The notes below the pieces were generated by a model. That model was not told where the DNA came from and did no database searches. It saw only the letters and a program-made list of their open reading frames with translations. A stretch of 64,000 bases of DNA from contig CAVXWZ010000001.1 in assembly GCA_963765575.1 (NCBI GenBank), forward strand, positions 365,784-429,783, written 5' to 3'. Within the stretch, counting starts at the first letter, position 1; each line of letters begins with the position of its first letter. The stretch comes from an uncultured cyanobacterium (GTDB lineage Bacteria > Cyanobacteriota > Cyanobacteriia > PCC-6307 > Cyanobiaceae). Below are positions 31,258 through 42,380 of this stretch, piece after piece. Both the position numbers and the translations under genes were made by a program.

Positions 31258-32721
31258 TGGCAGGCACCACCACCCACGACATCGTCGCCAAGCTCTGGAA
31301 CCTCTGCAATGTGCTGAAGGACGACGGGGTGACGTACCACCAGTACGTGACGGAGCTCACCTATCTGTTGTTCCTGAAGATGGCGAAGGAAACCGGCACC
31401 GAAGCCGGGATCCCCGAGGAGTGGCGCTGGGATGCGCTGGAGCCGCTCAAGGGCCTCAAGCAGCTGGAGCACTACAAGCTGCTGCTGCTGGAGCTGGGCA
31501 GTTCCAGCAGCGGCAGCTCGATGCTGGTGCAGGAGATCTTCGCGAATGCCACCTCCTTCATCCGCAAGCCCGTCACGCTGAACAAGCTGGTGGAGGAGAT
31601 CGACAAGCTGGATTGGTACAGCGCCCGCCAGGAGGGCCTGGGCGATCTGTATGAGGGGCTGCTGCAGAAGAACGCCGAGGAGAAGAAATCCGGGGCGGGG
31701 CAGTACTTCACGCCCCGGCCGCTGATCGATGCGATGGTGGCGGTGATGCAGCCGCGGCTGGGGGATGTGATCCAGGATCCGGCGGCGGGCACCGGCGGCT
31801 TTCTGATTGCGGCCCAGCACTGGATCCGCGAACACCAGGACATCAGCGAGCTGGATGAGGCGCAGCAGAAGCGCTTCTACCAGAGCACCTTCTACGGCAT
31901 GGAGCACGTGCAGGACACGCACCGCCTGGCGCTGATGAACCTGATGCTGCACGGGCTGGATTCGGTGCAGGGCGAAGGCGGCATCCGCTATGGCGACACC
32001 CTCAGCAGCGATGGCGAGGGGCTGCCGAAGGCCAGCTTGATCCTCACCAATCCGCCCTTCGGCACCAAGAAGGGCGGCGGCCTGCCCAGCCGCAAGGATT
32101 TCACCTTCCCCACCAGCAACAAGCAGTTCTGCTTCCTGCAGCACATCTACCGGGCGCTGCAACCCGGCGGCCGGGCGGCGGTGGTGCTGCCCGACAACGT
32201 GCTGTTCGAAGGCAACGTGGGCAAGCAGATCCGCGCCGATCTGATGGACAAGTGCAACCTGCACACGATCCTGCGCCTGCCCACCGGCATCTTCTACGCC
32301 CAGGGCGTGAAGACCAACGTGCTGTTCTTCACCCGCGGCAGCAGCGAGAAGGGCAACACCAAGGAGGTGTGGGTGTACGACCTGCGGGCCAACATGCCGG
32401 CCTTCGGCAAGCGCACGCCCCTCACCCGCGAGCATTTTGCGGACGTTCGAGGCGGCCTATGGCCCTGATCCGCTGGGGCTGGCCCCGCGCACGGCCACCG
32501 GGCCCGAGGGCCGCTGGCAATGCTTCAGCCGTGAGGAGATCGCCGCCCGGGGCGACAGCCTCGATCTGGCCTGGCTGAAGGACGACTCTGCCGAAGATGG
32601 CGCCGACCTGCCGGAGCCGGCGGTGCTGGCCCAGGAGGCGATGGTGGAGCTGGAAGGGGCGCTGGAGGATCTGCGGGCGATCCTGGCGGAGCTTGGGGAA
32701 GAGGTGGAGGAGTTGGTGTGA
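31257..32721 (+). CDS. hsdM: Type I R-M N6-adenine methyltransferase (frameshift near 32445)
   Basis: GAGQYFTPR, DPAAGTGGFL, TNPPFG. Confidence 0.95.
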
Positions 32722-34355
32722 TGGAGGGGCGGGAGTTGCCGGTGGGGTGGGTCAAGCGCCCTAGCGCATGAGATTGGCTGATCTCGAGGCTGACGAGTTG
32801 ATGCAAGCCAGGCATCAAGATCAGACTATGAGCATGACACCGTTCCTGCGATTATCGGCGATCCGAGTCAATGCTGATGAAGTCAAGCGAGATCGGATCA
32901 AGAAAGCAGAGGCTGTCCTGAGCTCGAGAGTTAGGCTGAGTTCATAGCGACATATGCTGACCTGCGTATGCAACGAGCTGGCGATGGACGGCTTGGGCAG
33001 ATGCGGCATCCGCAGATGCGCCATTCAGTCAGGATCGTTGCCTCGCTGACGAGCTCCAGCTAGACTGATCTGATGCGATTGTCATCGCTATGGTATCTGA
33101 GTCCTCGGCGAAGCAGATGTCTGATGCATCAGCGCTGAAGCAGACAGAGGAGGCGCATCAACTCAGCACAAGCGCAAACTGAGTCGGAGCTTCAGTTCCC
33201 ACTTGCCCCTCTCAACGAACAACGCCGCATCGCCGCCAAGCTCGACACCACCCTCGCCGCTGTCGATGCCTGCCGCCAGCGGCTCGATGGCGTGGCGGCG
33301 ATCCTCAAGCGCTTTCGCCAGGCGGTGCTGGCGGCGGCGACGTCGGGGGAGTTGACGCGGGAGTGGAGGGAGGAGAGGGGGAAAGACATCTAGTTGGGAA
33401 TGATGTTCAGCTGGCTGAGCATGCCGTACAGCATTGAACTGATGGAACATCGGCCAAATCCCAGAGATCGGAAGGCTCTGAAATACCCGTGCTTCCATGG
33501 GCAATCTGCAGGAAGGTGACGCTTGATGGCACTGAGTCTCGTCTACACCTCGGACCTTGGCTGAGATGCCAAAGAATGCTCGATGATGGACGATGTCCTC
33601 TTTCAATCGCACTAACTGGCCTGAGCTGGTCGGAAAGTCAGCCATCTTATCGCGGCGAAGAGACCTGTGATCTATGCGGGATATCTAATCCGAGTGCGCT
33701 GCCGCCCGATGCGCTGGATACCAGAGTTCTTGAATCTGAGCTCTTAACAGTCCTGTCCGCGAGAGATTATTGCTGGCGAGTCAAGTCAGATGGCTGTCAG
33801 TCAGTCTAACATCAATCCAAGAAGCTTCGGCATACCCATTCCTTCTACCCTCAGTTGAAGAGCTGGAAGAAATCGTCCGCCGCGCCCAGGAACTCTTCTC
33901 CCTCGCCGACCAACTCGAAGCCAAGCTCACCGCCGCCCGCAGGATCGTCGATCGCCTCACGCCGGCCCTGCTGGCCAAGGCCTTCCGCGGCGAGCTGGTG
34001 CCCCAGGATCCCAACGACGAACCGGCAAGCGTGCTGCTGGAGCGGATCCGGGCGGCCCGTCAGGCGGACAATGCTCGGGGGAAAACCATCCGGTCCAGGC
34101 GAACCATCACGAATCGATCACGAACGAAGACCGTATCACCCACGAACATGCTCACACGCGATCAGATTGCCCAAAACCATCTCAGCTCCATCCTTAAGGA
34201 ATGCGGATCTCTCTCGGCTGAGGCTCTTTTGAGTGCCTCTCAGCTCGAGATTGACGATTTCTACGATCAGCTGAGGGACGAAGAGTCACGGCTTCTTGCG
34301 TGAGAACCGCAGCGACTCTCCTGATAGCTCTCGGCTGATAGAGAGTGCCACATGA
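32721..34355 (+). CDS. hsdS: Type I R-M specificity subunit with C-terminal extension (TRD regions heavily frameshifted)
   Basis: ELPVGW start; conserved PLNEQRRIAAKLD...ATSGELT and ALLAKAFRGELVPQDPNDEPASVLLERI. Confidence 0.85.
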
Positions 34356-35928
34356 GACTCGATCGTCTAACTATCCCAAGTTATCGAAACCTTCAGTCCT
34401 TTACGCTCGATTTTGATGAGTGCCAGGCGACGACGGTTTTGATCGGGCGAAACGGCTCGGGTAAATCTAATCTATTCGAAGCGATTGTGAGATCTTCCGA
34501 GAGCTTGAATCTGGTGGTCCGCCACCATTCGCCTACATGCTTGAGTATTCATGTCGTGATCATAAGATCAGGATTGACGCTGATCCTGGACGGGCAAACA
34601 AACGTCTCGCTATTTCTGTAGACGGCACGGGATGACTCAGTCAGCGTTTAAGCAAGGTCTCCAGATTACTGCCAACTACGTCTTCGCGTATTATTCGGGC
34701 TGGAGTAGCCGTTTAGAGCGCCACTTCGATCGACCAACCCGCAAACACTATACCGCCATCCTGAATGCTCGCCACAAGCAGCTTCCCCTACGAAGGATGT
34801 TTTTCTGCCGCAAGGAGTACAGTCAACTTGTCCTTCTGGCCTTCTTTCTTGAGAAGACGGCGGCGGCGCGTGATCTGCTTGAGAAGTATCTGGGAATCAA
34901 GGGTTTCGACTCAGCTCTTTTCGTGCTAAAGACCCCATGGTGGCGTGGAAGCGGGGCTCCAAAGAAAATTCAACTCGAAGAGGGGGATGCCCGATTCTGG
35001 TACGCGCGAGGTGCATTTAAGGACTTTCTTGATCGTCTTTGGGAATGTTCGCTAGCGCCAATCCGCAATAGCGAGACCGTGGACCGCGATGTCCGCAGGC
35101 AAGGTGAAGCAACCGAAAGGCTCTACTTGTTCGTCAAGAATGAGGACGGATCTTGGAGGGGCTTAAGCAAGGAGAATCTGATTCAAAGGATCTTTTCGGC
35201 TATCTAGAGAGCCTCTTCCTCTGTGACCTGATAGACGAAGTCCGGGTAACAGTCGAAAGAACTGATGGTACGCGTGTGAAGTTCACGCAGATGAGCGAAG
35301 GCGAGCAGCAGCTTCTCACTGTCCTCGGCCTCCTTCTATTTACGCAAAATGATGAGTCGCTGTACCTGCTCGATGAGCCCGACACACACTAAACCCAGTT
35401 TGGACTTATGACTTTCTCAAGCTCCTCCAGGACAACATTCGGGCCGATAAGGGTCAGTTGCTCGTGGCAACTCACAACCCGCTGATGATTGGCAATCTGC
35501 GTAAGAACCAAGTGCGCATTCTTTCCGTTCAAAACGAGATCGTCGTTTCGCGGGAACCCGAAGATGATCCGCTTGGGATTGGGGTTGAGGGTCTCCTTAA
35601 GTCGGAACTGTATGGATTCGCTCAACCTCGCGCCTGAGATTCTGAACAGACTGGATCGCCACTACTTTCTTCTTGGAAAAGAGAGCCTTCTGACAGTGAG
35701 CAAGACGAGCTGAGAGAGCTCGCTGCAGAGCTTAATGAGCTTGGATAGTTCGCGTTCTACACCCAAACCCGTACTTTGAAAGCTTCGCTGGTGCTCTGGC
35801 ACGCCGATGTCCCACACGATGAGACCGTTATCACTAAGGCGGAGATCCAAGCGCAGGTTGAGGTGGCGAATGAGGTGTTAACTGAGTTAATCGAGGAAGA
35901 GAGGTCTCCCGAGAAGATTAAGGCATGA
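34352..35928 (+). CDS. ABC-type (AAA_21) ATPase associated with the restriction system (frameshifted)
   Basis: GRNGSGKS Walker A, MSEGEQQ signature, LLDEPDTH Walker B, ATHNP switch; lower GC. Confidence 0.85.
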
Positions 35929-36737
35929 GGCACATCCCGCTCCACGACAACTGCCCAGATCCCGAGTGGTGTGAACGGGCAGCCGACTCTTCTCGATCAG
36001 CTTAAGGCTGCACCTGATATTGCGGCGCGTCATGAGCTTATTGATGGCAACAGCATCTCTTTGGCGCGAGCTAAAGGAATGGCTGCTTGCACTCTCCCAT
36101 GGAAAGTGCTGGTTTTCTGAAGCGAAGGATTGTTTCAGCTACTGGGATGTGGAGCACTTATCGCCCGAAGAAGAGCGCGAGGAATGAGCGTGGCTACTTC
36201 TGGCGAAGGTTACTGGTGGCTAGCATTTGACTGGCACAACTATCGTATCTGCGGGAATGTCGGCAATCGAAAGAAAGGTGCATATTTCCCATTGCGTGAC
36301 GGCTGTCCCCGTGTTGGGCCACTTGGTGACCTCCGGTACGAACAGCCACTGCTGCTTGATCCAGCTGATGAAGACGATCCCAATCTGCTCTTTTCAATCT
36401 CGAGGGGGAGGCGATACCTGCGCCACATGTAACGATGCATGGGAGCGGGACCGAGTCATATATTCTGTAGAGATATAGGCTGGATTATCCACCACTTTTG
36501 ACAGGCGAAAGTTGGTCTGGGCGAGTGCTGGAGCCAGGTCCAACATATCTTGCTGAGTTGGCGCTATATCAAGCTGATCCTACCAACGCGATCGCAAAAG
36601 AATCTTTGAAGAATGCAGCGAGGCACATTAGAGACATGATAAGAGCTGACAAGGAGTTTTCGTCTGTTGCTGAGAGCATGCATTCTGAGCAGCGGAGAAG
36701 AGAGGGTTACTTCTTTATTGCAGAATTAATCCAATAG
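35925..36737 (+). CDS. HNH endonuclease (PtuB-like; frameshifted)
   Basis: GKCWFSE...DVEH...GYWWLAFDWHNYRICGNVGNRKKG..FPL...LLLDP; ATGA overlap with the ATPase. Confidence 0.8.
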
Positions 36738-37263
36738 TCTCCCGCCGAGGGCCTTGATTTCTCCTTCGCGCACAATCTTGTGGGTAACACAATTCGTTCT
36801 TATAGGAGCCTCCAAATCGAGCCGGTTAGGCCGACGATGAGTCAGGCAGGCCTCATCCGTGGGGTTTGAATTGTTCGAGGTGCCCTTGTATCTATCGGCA
36901 ATTGAATTCGCTTTCTCTCTCAGGGATTAACCCCTACCCATCTGGAGCGGATCCTGGTACCCTAGTCCGCAGCGCGCAGGCCCTCGCAAAGTGGACGGCG
37001 CAAGGCTGCTGGCAACTGGGAGCCGTTCGCTGTTGAGGCCACCCCTGAGGCGCCGGCTTCCTGATCACCCTGCCTTATCAGAACAGGTCGCGGATGCCGG
37101 GCGTCTTTCCTGGTGCAGCTCCTCTCCGACGCAGACCCCACCTATAGGTGCAGTGCTGTTGATGGATTCCTGGCGGTGGCTACGAAGGTTCAGTACTGCA
37201 AAGGCGCCTTGGCCTTTCCCAGTCCTACGGTGGCGTCAAAACTTGGCGTATGAAGTCTTCAGC

Positions 37264-38215
37264 GTGAAGCGTCATCGGCTGGTTCTGGAGGGGGGCGATG
37301 CTGAGGCGCTTCGCATCAGCGACGACCAACTCGCGGAGCTCCTGGCGGCTCTCAAGGAGGGGGCGCGCCTCGCGTTGCGCTTTCAGGCGGAGGGCATCAG
37401 CAGTCAAACGGGCCCCAGACCCCGCTGGCTGGAGGCCTGCACCAGCCATGTGATCACAGGCCTGAGCGCCGGCTCTGCGGTGCTGGAGCTTGAGGCGCCC
37501 ACCCTGGAGGAGGCCGCCCCTGACGTCTTCCCGTCGACAGGCCAGTTCAGCCTGTTGGAGCAGGAGGAGCCCCCCGTTCCACAGGGCAGCACAGCCCTGG
37601 AGCTGTTCGCGGTGGTGCTCCGGCAGATTCAGCAGGGGGATGGCTCCACCCTGAAGGCCGATCGGGCACTCCTGGAGGGTTGCCTGCGCTTTGCCCGCGT
37701 GCCCGGTTGGATCCTTCAGCGGCATCAGCCTTGGGCCCATCGACGGCGAGGGCCCGCCCGTGACCCTCAAGGCCTCAGACATTCCCCTCATCGAGGCGTT
37801 GGTGCAGCAGACGCCCCTCCCCCAGGCCATCCGCTTCACCGCCAAGCTCGACACCATCTCCTCCACCAGGCCGTCGGTCACCCTGCTGAGCGACGACGGC
37901 GAGAAGATCCTGGCCAGGCTTCCGGGCAGCGTCACCACCGAGGAGTTGCGGACCCTGTTCGGGCAACGCGTGATGGTGGCAGGCATTGGCCACTACCGCC
38001 CATCGGGACGCGTGCAACAGATTGCCATCAGTCAGATCCACCTGGCTGCGGCATCTGATGAGCTATTCAGCGAAACTCCCCGGGCGTGGGGCTCAACACC
38101 TCTGTTTGCGCCCGCCACTCAGGAGCCTGGATCCGGTGTCGCGAACTTCTTCGGCACCTGGCCAGGGGAAGAGTCTGACGACGAACTCACGGCTGCCCTT
38201 TCCGCCATTCGATGA
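37264..38215 (+). CDS. Hypothetical protein of about 315 aa, coupled to a PIN gene (frameshift near 37705)
   Basis: Two ORFs join; C terminus FFGTWPGEESDDELTAALSAIR; ATGA overlap with the PIN gene. Confidence 0.7.
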
Positions 38216-38680
38216 CGGCGGCCACAAGCCCCGGGAGGCCCTTCCTGCTCGACACCAGCGTGATTCTCCATCTGGTGCGGGGGAATGCTCTCGGGCAGCA
38301 GATACGAGACACCTATGACTTGCTTCACTGCCAGCCTCGGCCTTTGGTCTGTGTGGTGAGCCTGGCCGAGGCGCGGGTGCTGGCGGAAACCAATGGCTGG
38401 GGAGACGCCAAACGCAATGCCCTGGACACAGCCTTCCGCTCCCTGACGGTGGTGAACATCAACCATCCCACAGTGATCGAGGCCTATGTGAAACTCGATC
38501 TTCATGCCCGTTCCCATCCGCTCGGGGCACGCAGGATGGGCAAAAACGATCTGTGGATTGCTGCGACTGCCGTTGCCGCTGATGCTTTCTTGCTGACGAC
38601 GGACAAAGACTTTGAATGCCTGATCCCATCCCATGTTCAAGGACAGGTGATTTCTGCACAGTTGGCGTTTGGAGTTCACA
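38212..38680 (+). CDS. PIN-domain (VapC-like) nuclease; 3' end uncertain
   Basis: LLDTSVILH, SLAE, GKNDLWIAATA, LLTTDKDF. Confidence 0.85.
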
Positions 38681-38728
38681 TCCTGCCGATACGCCGGTGG
38701 CACTGGCAAGAGCAGCCGCTCCAGCCCC

Positions 38729-39099
38729 TTGGCCACCCGCGCCGTCTTCTCCTTCACCGGCTTTCCCGGCGTCCCGGAGCGCCACCTCTACCTCCACCAC
38801 GACGGCTACCCCACCGGCGCCGCCTGGCGCTTTGCGGCGGCCCTGCGCGAAACCGCTGACGCCTCCAGCTTCCTCGCCGCCTTTCTGAGCACCCAGCACC
38901 AAGCGGAACCCTGGCCAGCCCAGATCAGGCCGCCGATGCCGAGTACCGCTACCGGGTGCAGCTGCTCCCCGGCACCGATCCCCAGCTTAAGGTGCAGTGC
39001 TGGCGTCGGATTCCGGGCGGCGACAGCTGGATTCCCCGCTGCGGGCCCATGCCGCTGGCGGCCTTCATCCAGCGCTTCCTGCCCGGTGATCCGCTTTGA
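38729..39099 (+). CDS. Hypothetical protein with an HxDGYP motif (frameshifted)
   Basis: MATRAVF...LYLHHDGYPTG...AEYRYRV. Confidence 0.6.
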
Positions 39100-39315
39100 C
39101 CCGGCCAAGCGCCTGCGAACCCTGGAGCAGCGTGGCCTGGATTTTCTCGATGCTGAGAGCGTCTTCGCCGGCCCCACGATCCAGGTCCCTGATCGAAGGC
39201 GAGACTATGGTGAAGTGAGAATTGTCTGTGTTGGATTGCGGCATCAGGCACATCATCTCCATGCGAAAGGCCAATGAGCGAGAGCAACGTCGTTTTCTCC
39301 CCCACCTCTCCTGAA
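39086..39315 (+). pseudogene. BrnT-family toxin with internal deletion
   Basis: FDPAKR..RGLDFLDA..RRDYGEVR, then HIISMRKANERE in another frame. Confidence 0.75.
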
Positions 39316-39480
39316 GGTAAGATCCATTCTGATCTTCAGCGCGTGGATGCCCATGACATCCAACCCGAAGAGTATGAGGAGATCCCCGAAATCACGGAGG
39401 AAGATCTCACGCACGCCGTGATCAAGCGACCTGGTCAGCCTGATCAAGCTTTTCTGGAAGCACCAACCCAAGAATCTTGA
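39274..39480 (+). pseudogene. BrnA-like antitoxin, N-terminal part only
   Basis: SDLQRVDAHDIQPEEYEEIPEITEE; no C-terminal RHH segment. Confidence 0.6.
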
Positions 39481-39491
39481 CCCATTGGCCC

Positions 39492-40445
39492 TCAGCGCCT
39501 CAGCGCTTCCCGGTGGGCACTTAGGAACATCTCCTGCTCCCGACTGAACGGCCGAATCAGGTTCGCCCCCTCGATTCCCCAGCAGCGCAAGGCCTCCCGG
39601 GCCGCCTCGTGTTGCCAGATCAGCTGTCCGCCCCAATCGAAGCTGATCCAGTGGCGATCAAACAGTTTGTCCACATGGGGGGAGAGCAGCAGGCCATTGG
39701 CGCCGCTCAGCCGTTCGCTGTTGTCGCAGGATCGCCAGGGCTTGATGTGGCTGGCCACCAGGAACTCCTGCCGCGCCAGCCCCGTGACCCGGCAGGCCGG
39801 CTCCAGCTCCGACACCCGATGGCGAAACAAGCCCTGCCCCAGCCGCGCTTTGGTGAGTGCATTGCGCTCGGTGCTGCTGGGCACCTCCCGCAGTCGCTGC
39901 ATGTCATCGAGCAACGCGGCGGTGTACTCCCCCTCTTCCGCCAGCACCACCAGGTGCACTCGCACCGCCGGATCGGCGTGCTCCTCGATCAGCTGGAGCA
40001 ACAGCAGCCCCAGACTTTCGCTCAGCCCGGCCAGGTACACCCCCTGGTTGCCCCGGCCTGTGCTGGTGCTGATCGGGCTGTGGCGCTCCGGCAGCAGCGG
40101 TTGCAGCAACGCAAAGAACGTCTGCGGCACCAGCGCCTTGCGCAGCGGCTGCCAGTTCACCCGCACCAGCCAGCCCTCCTGGCTCCAGTTCTCCCCTGCT
40201 GAGCCGAACTCCGGCGGCTTGGGTGCCGTGATCGCCGCCGTTTCCACCAGGCCGAGCTGGCTGATCCGCCCCTTGGCATAGCTGAACACCACATCCCCCC
40301 GCTGGCAGCGGCTGAGGTTGTCGTAGGTCACGTTGCGGGCGCCGTTGGCATTCGTCTTCGGCGACCAGATGTAGCCGCCGTCGGTCTCCTGCCGGTACGT
40401 CTGCTTGTGGTTCACCCACCAGTAGGAGGGCACGGATTCAGACAA
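39492..40445 (-). CDS. HNH endonuclease with an N-terminal EVE/PUA-like domain
   Basis: YWWVNHKQTY..GGYIWSPK..GDVVFSY; RLGQGLFR..CRVTG..ASHIKPW..NGLLL..DKLFD. Confidence 0.88.
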   Translation of the reverse strand: MSESVPSYWWVNHKQTYRQETDGGYIWSPKTNANGARNVTYDNLSRCQRGDVVFSYAKGRISQLGLVETAAITAPKPPEFGSAGENWSQEGWLVRVNWQPLRKALVPQTFFALLQPLLPERHSPISTSTGRGNQGVYLAGLSESLGLLLLQLIEEHADPAVRVHLVVLAEEGEYTAALLDDMQRLREVPSSTERNALTKARLGQGLFRHRVSELEPACRVTGLARQEFLVASHIKPWRSCDNSERLSGANGLLLSPHVDKLFDRHWISFDWGGQLIWQHEAAREALRCWGIEGANLIRPFSREQEMFLSAHREALRR

Positions 40446-40512
40446 GGCTGGCCTCGTTGTAGCCGTGGTGGGGCGGTGTGTCCTCAGGCGGGCCGTCTCG
40501 ATGGAATCACCA

Positions 40513-40833
40513 CCTCACCCCGTTGCTCGCGGAATCCGTCCAGCCGCTGGCGGCACAGCTGCAGCAGCGCGTCGCGCTCGGTGTCGCTCAGCTCCTCCGC
40601 GCCGATCAGGCTGTAGAGCCCATCGCCATAGCGGGTGATGCCGTTGCCGGTGAGCACGCGGCCCACCATCCGTTTCCCCAGGATCCGCCGGGCGATGTCC
40701 TGCGCCGGGGCCGGGCTGCGGCGGCCCAGCAGTTCCATGAGCATCAGGGGTTGATCGATGGGGCTCATGCGCATCCGCTGGGCGATGGTGTGCCGGAGGC
40801 GCTCGTAGGTAGTGGAGGGGTTTGGGGGCATGG
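40513..40833 (-). repeat. Array repeat copy A (5' fragment of a dead gene, MPPNPSTTYERLRHTIAQRMRMS...)
   Basis: Nearly identical to 42473-42795; related to copies C-F. Confidence 0.9.
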
Positions 40834-40844
40834 GAGACCCCATC

Positions 40845-41237
40845 AGGGATCACGGTCAGAACCTGGCAGGATCAGTTCGTTCACACGACCAGCAGCGCTT
40901 TCACCTGTCGGTTGTAGTGCGTTCGATCCAGCCCCAGAGGGGTGGGATCAGCGTCATAGCGGAATTGCACGGCGTAAACGGTGAGCTGAGCCAGCGGCTC
41001 CAGATCTGCCGTGCTCTCACCGGCTGCGGCGAGAGCAGCAGCAGCCGACGCAGATCATGGGTGAGAGGCGCATCAACGTCCAGATGCAGCAGCCAGGCTT
41101 TCAAGCCTTCTCACGGCCTGCTGAAGCCAGAAGCCCCAGGCACCCTCCCGGAACACGGCGGGATCGCTGCTGGCCTCAGCCGTCTCCAGGTCGGCAGTGG
41201 CGATCTTCAGCACGCCTTCCGGCTCAGAGAGCACCAT
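40845..41237 (-). CDS. HEPN-domain toxin (frameshifted)
   Basis: ADLETA...GFWLQQAV/KALKAWL...THDLRRL...VQFRY. Confidence 0.8.
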
Positions 41238-41571
41238 CGAGCAAGCGCCCCTCCCGATAGGCCCTGCCGATCACGTGACTGCGCCAGTGGCGGCGCTCCA
41301 CGCACTCCCGCTGCGAATAGAGCAGAAGATCGAGGGACACATCCGCCTGAGCCAGCTCGTCCCAGAGCTGGTTGAGCACCTCGAAGCGGTGGTGGCCCTC
41401 AAGCCAGGCATCCGGTGCGGTGATCAGCAGGTCGATGTCCGATTCCGGCCCCGCTGTGCCACGCGCCCGGGAGCCGAACAAGCGCACTTCGGCGCCTGGG
41501 ATCCTTTGCCGGATCACAGCCGCCATCCGCTGGAGGCGCTGCTCGATCGGTGGCGCGGCGGCGCTGGTCAT
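41224..41571 (-). CDS. Minimal nucleotidyltransferase (MNT) antitoxin
   Basis: LFGSRARGTAGPESDIDLL. Confidence 0.9.
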   Translation of the reverse strand: MTSAAAPPIEQRLQRMAAVIRQRIPGAEVRLFGSRARGTAGPESDIDLLITAPDAWLEGHHRFEVLNQLWDELAQADVSLDLLLYSQRECVERRHWRSHVIGRAYREGRLLDGAL

Positions 41572-41623
41572 GCCGCCATTCTGGGCAGGGTCTTATCGGG
41601 CTGGTAGCGGGGGTGGGGAAACC

Positions 41624-41670
41624 GGGCTGGGCCGTCATGGGGGTGGCACTGGAGGAGGAGAAGAATTGGC
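41624..41670 (-). repeat. Array repeat, upstream motif only (copy G)
   Basis: GGCTGGGccgtcatGGGGGTGGCACTG resembles GGCTGGGGTGTGACGGGGGTGGCACTGA of copies C, D and F. Confidence 0.6.
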
Positions 41671-41747
41671 GTCATGACATGCCCTTCCCCGGACCCCGCC
41701 TCACTCCAGGAAGCGTACCTACGATGGATTCCTTGCCTGGGGGTGTG

Positions 41748-41972
41748 ATGGCGTTTGCGCCCATGTCTGACCTTCTCCAACTCCCGCAGAGCGAGCGGCT
41801 GGCCCTGGCGATCGCCCTGTGGGACAGCCTCGATGACCAGGCCCGGGATGGGGCGTTGCCGGTCGACCCTGCCCTCTGCGCGGAGCTCGACCGGCGCTGG
41901 GCCACCCATCTCGACAACCCGGACGAGGCTCTGGCCTGGGATGAGGTTCGGAGCCAGCTCGACCTCGGCTGA
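41748..41972 (+). CDS. Addiction-module antitoxin component
   Basis: LLQLPQSERLALAIALWDSL...AELDRR...WDEVR. Confidence 0.85.
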   Translation: MAFAPMSDLLQLPQSERLALAIALWDSLDDQARDGALPVDPALCAELDRRWATHLDNPDEALAWDEVRSQLDLG

Positions 41973-41974
41973 CC

Positions 41975-42265
41975 ATGCGCCCAGTTCGCTTCCTGCCGGA
42001 TGCGGTGCAGGATCTTCTGGCGACTCAGCGCTGGTATGGCATGCGGGAGCCTGCGTTGGCTCGTGACTTTGCTGAAGTCTGCGCTGCTGCGGTGGAGCGC
42101 ATCCGCTGCGATCCCCGATCCTTCCCCTTGGTTCACGGGCAGATCCGCAGGCTCGTCATGAAGCGTTTTCCCTATGCCGTCTACTTCCGGGAGCAGGGCG
42201 ATGAAATCCTGGTGATCGCCCTTCACGGCCGCCAGGATCCCAAGCTTTGGCAGCAGCGCACCTGA
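41975..42265 (+). CDS. RelE/ParE-family toxin
   Basis: WY...IRRLVMKRFPYAVYF...VIALHGRQDP. Confidence 0.88.
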   Translation: MRPVRFLPDAVQDLLATQRWYGMREPALARDFAEVCAAAVERIRCDPRSFPLVHGQIRRLVMKRFPYAVYFREQGDEILVIALHGRQDPKLWQQRT

Positions 42266-42380
42266 AACGTCCGTTGGACAGACCCCATTCATGGGCCTGA
42301 TGTGGAAACGTTCCTACGTTGATTCGCCTGGAGACAGCTGAGTGGGGTTCCCGATGGCTGGGCAACTGCCTGGCGGCCCG

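Noticed and set aside
32760..33830. Scrambled hsdS TRDs as a shufflon or diversity-generating region
   Set aside because: No invertase, reverse transcriptase or flanking inverted repeats seen. Poor consensus over variable TRDs, possibly from mixed strains, explains it.
34352..36990. Retron (Ec78-like) system
   Set aside because: The ATPase and HNH are present, but no reverse transcriptase or msr-msd was found nearby.
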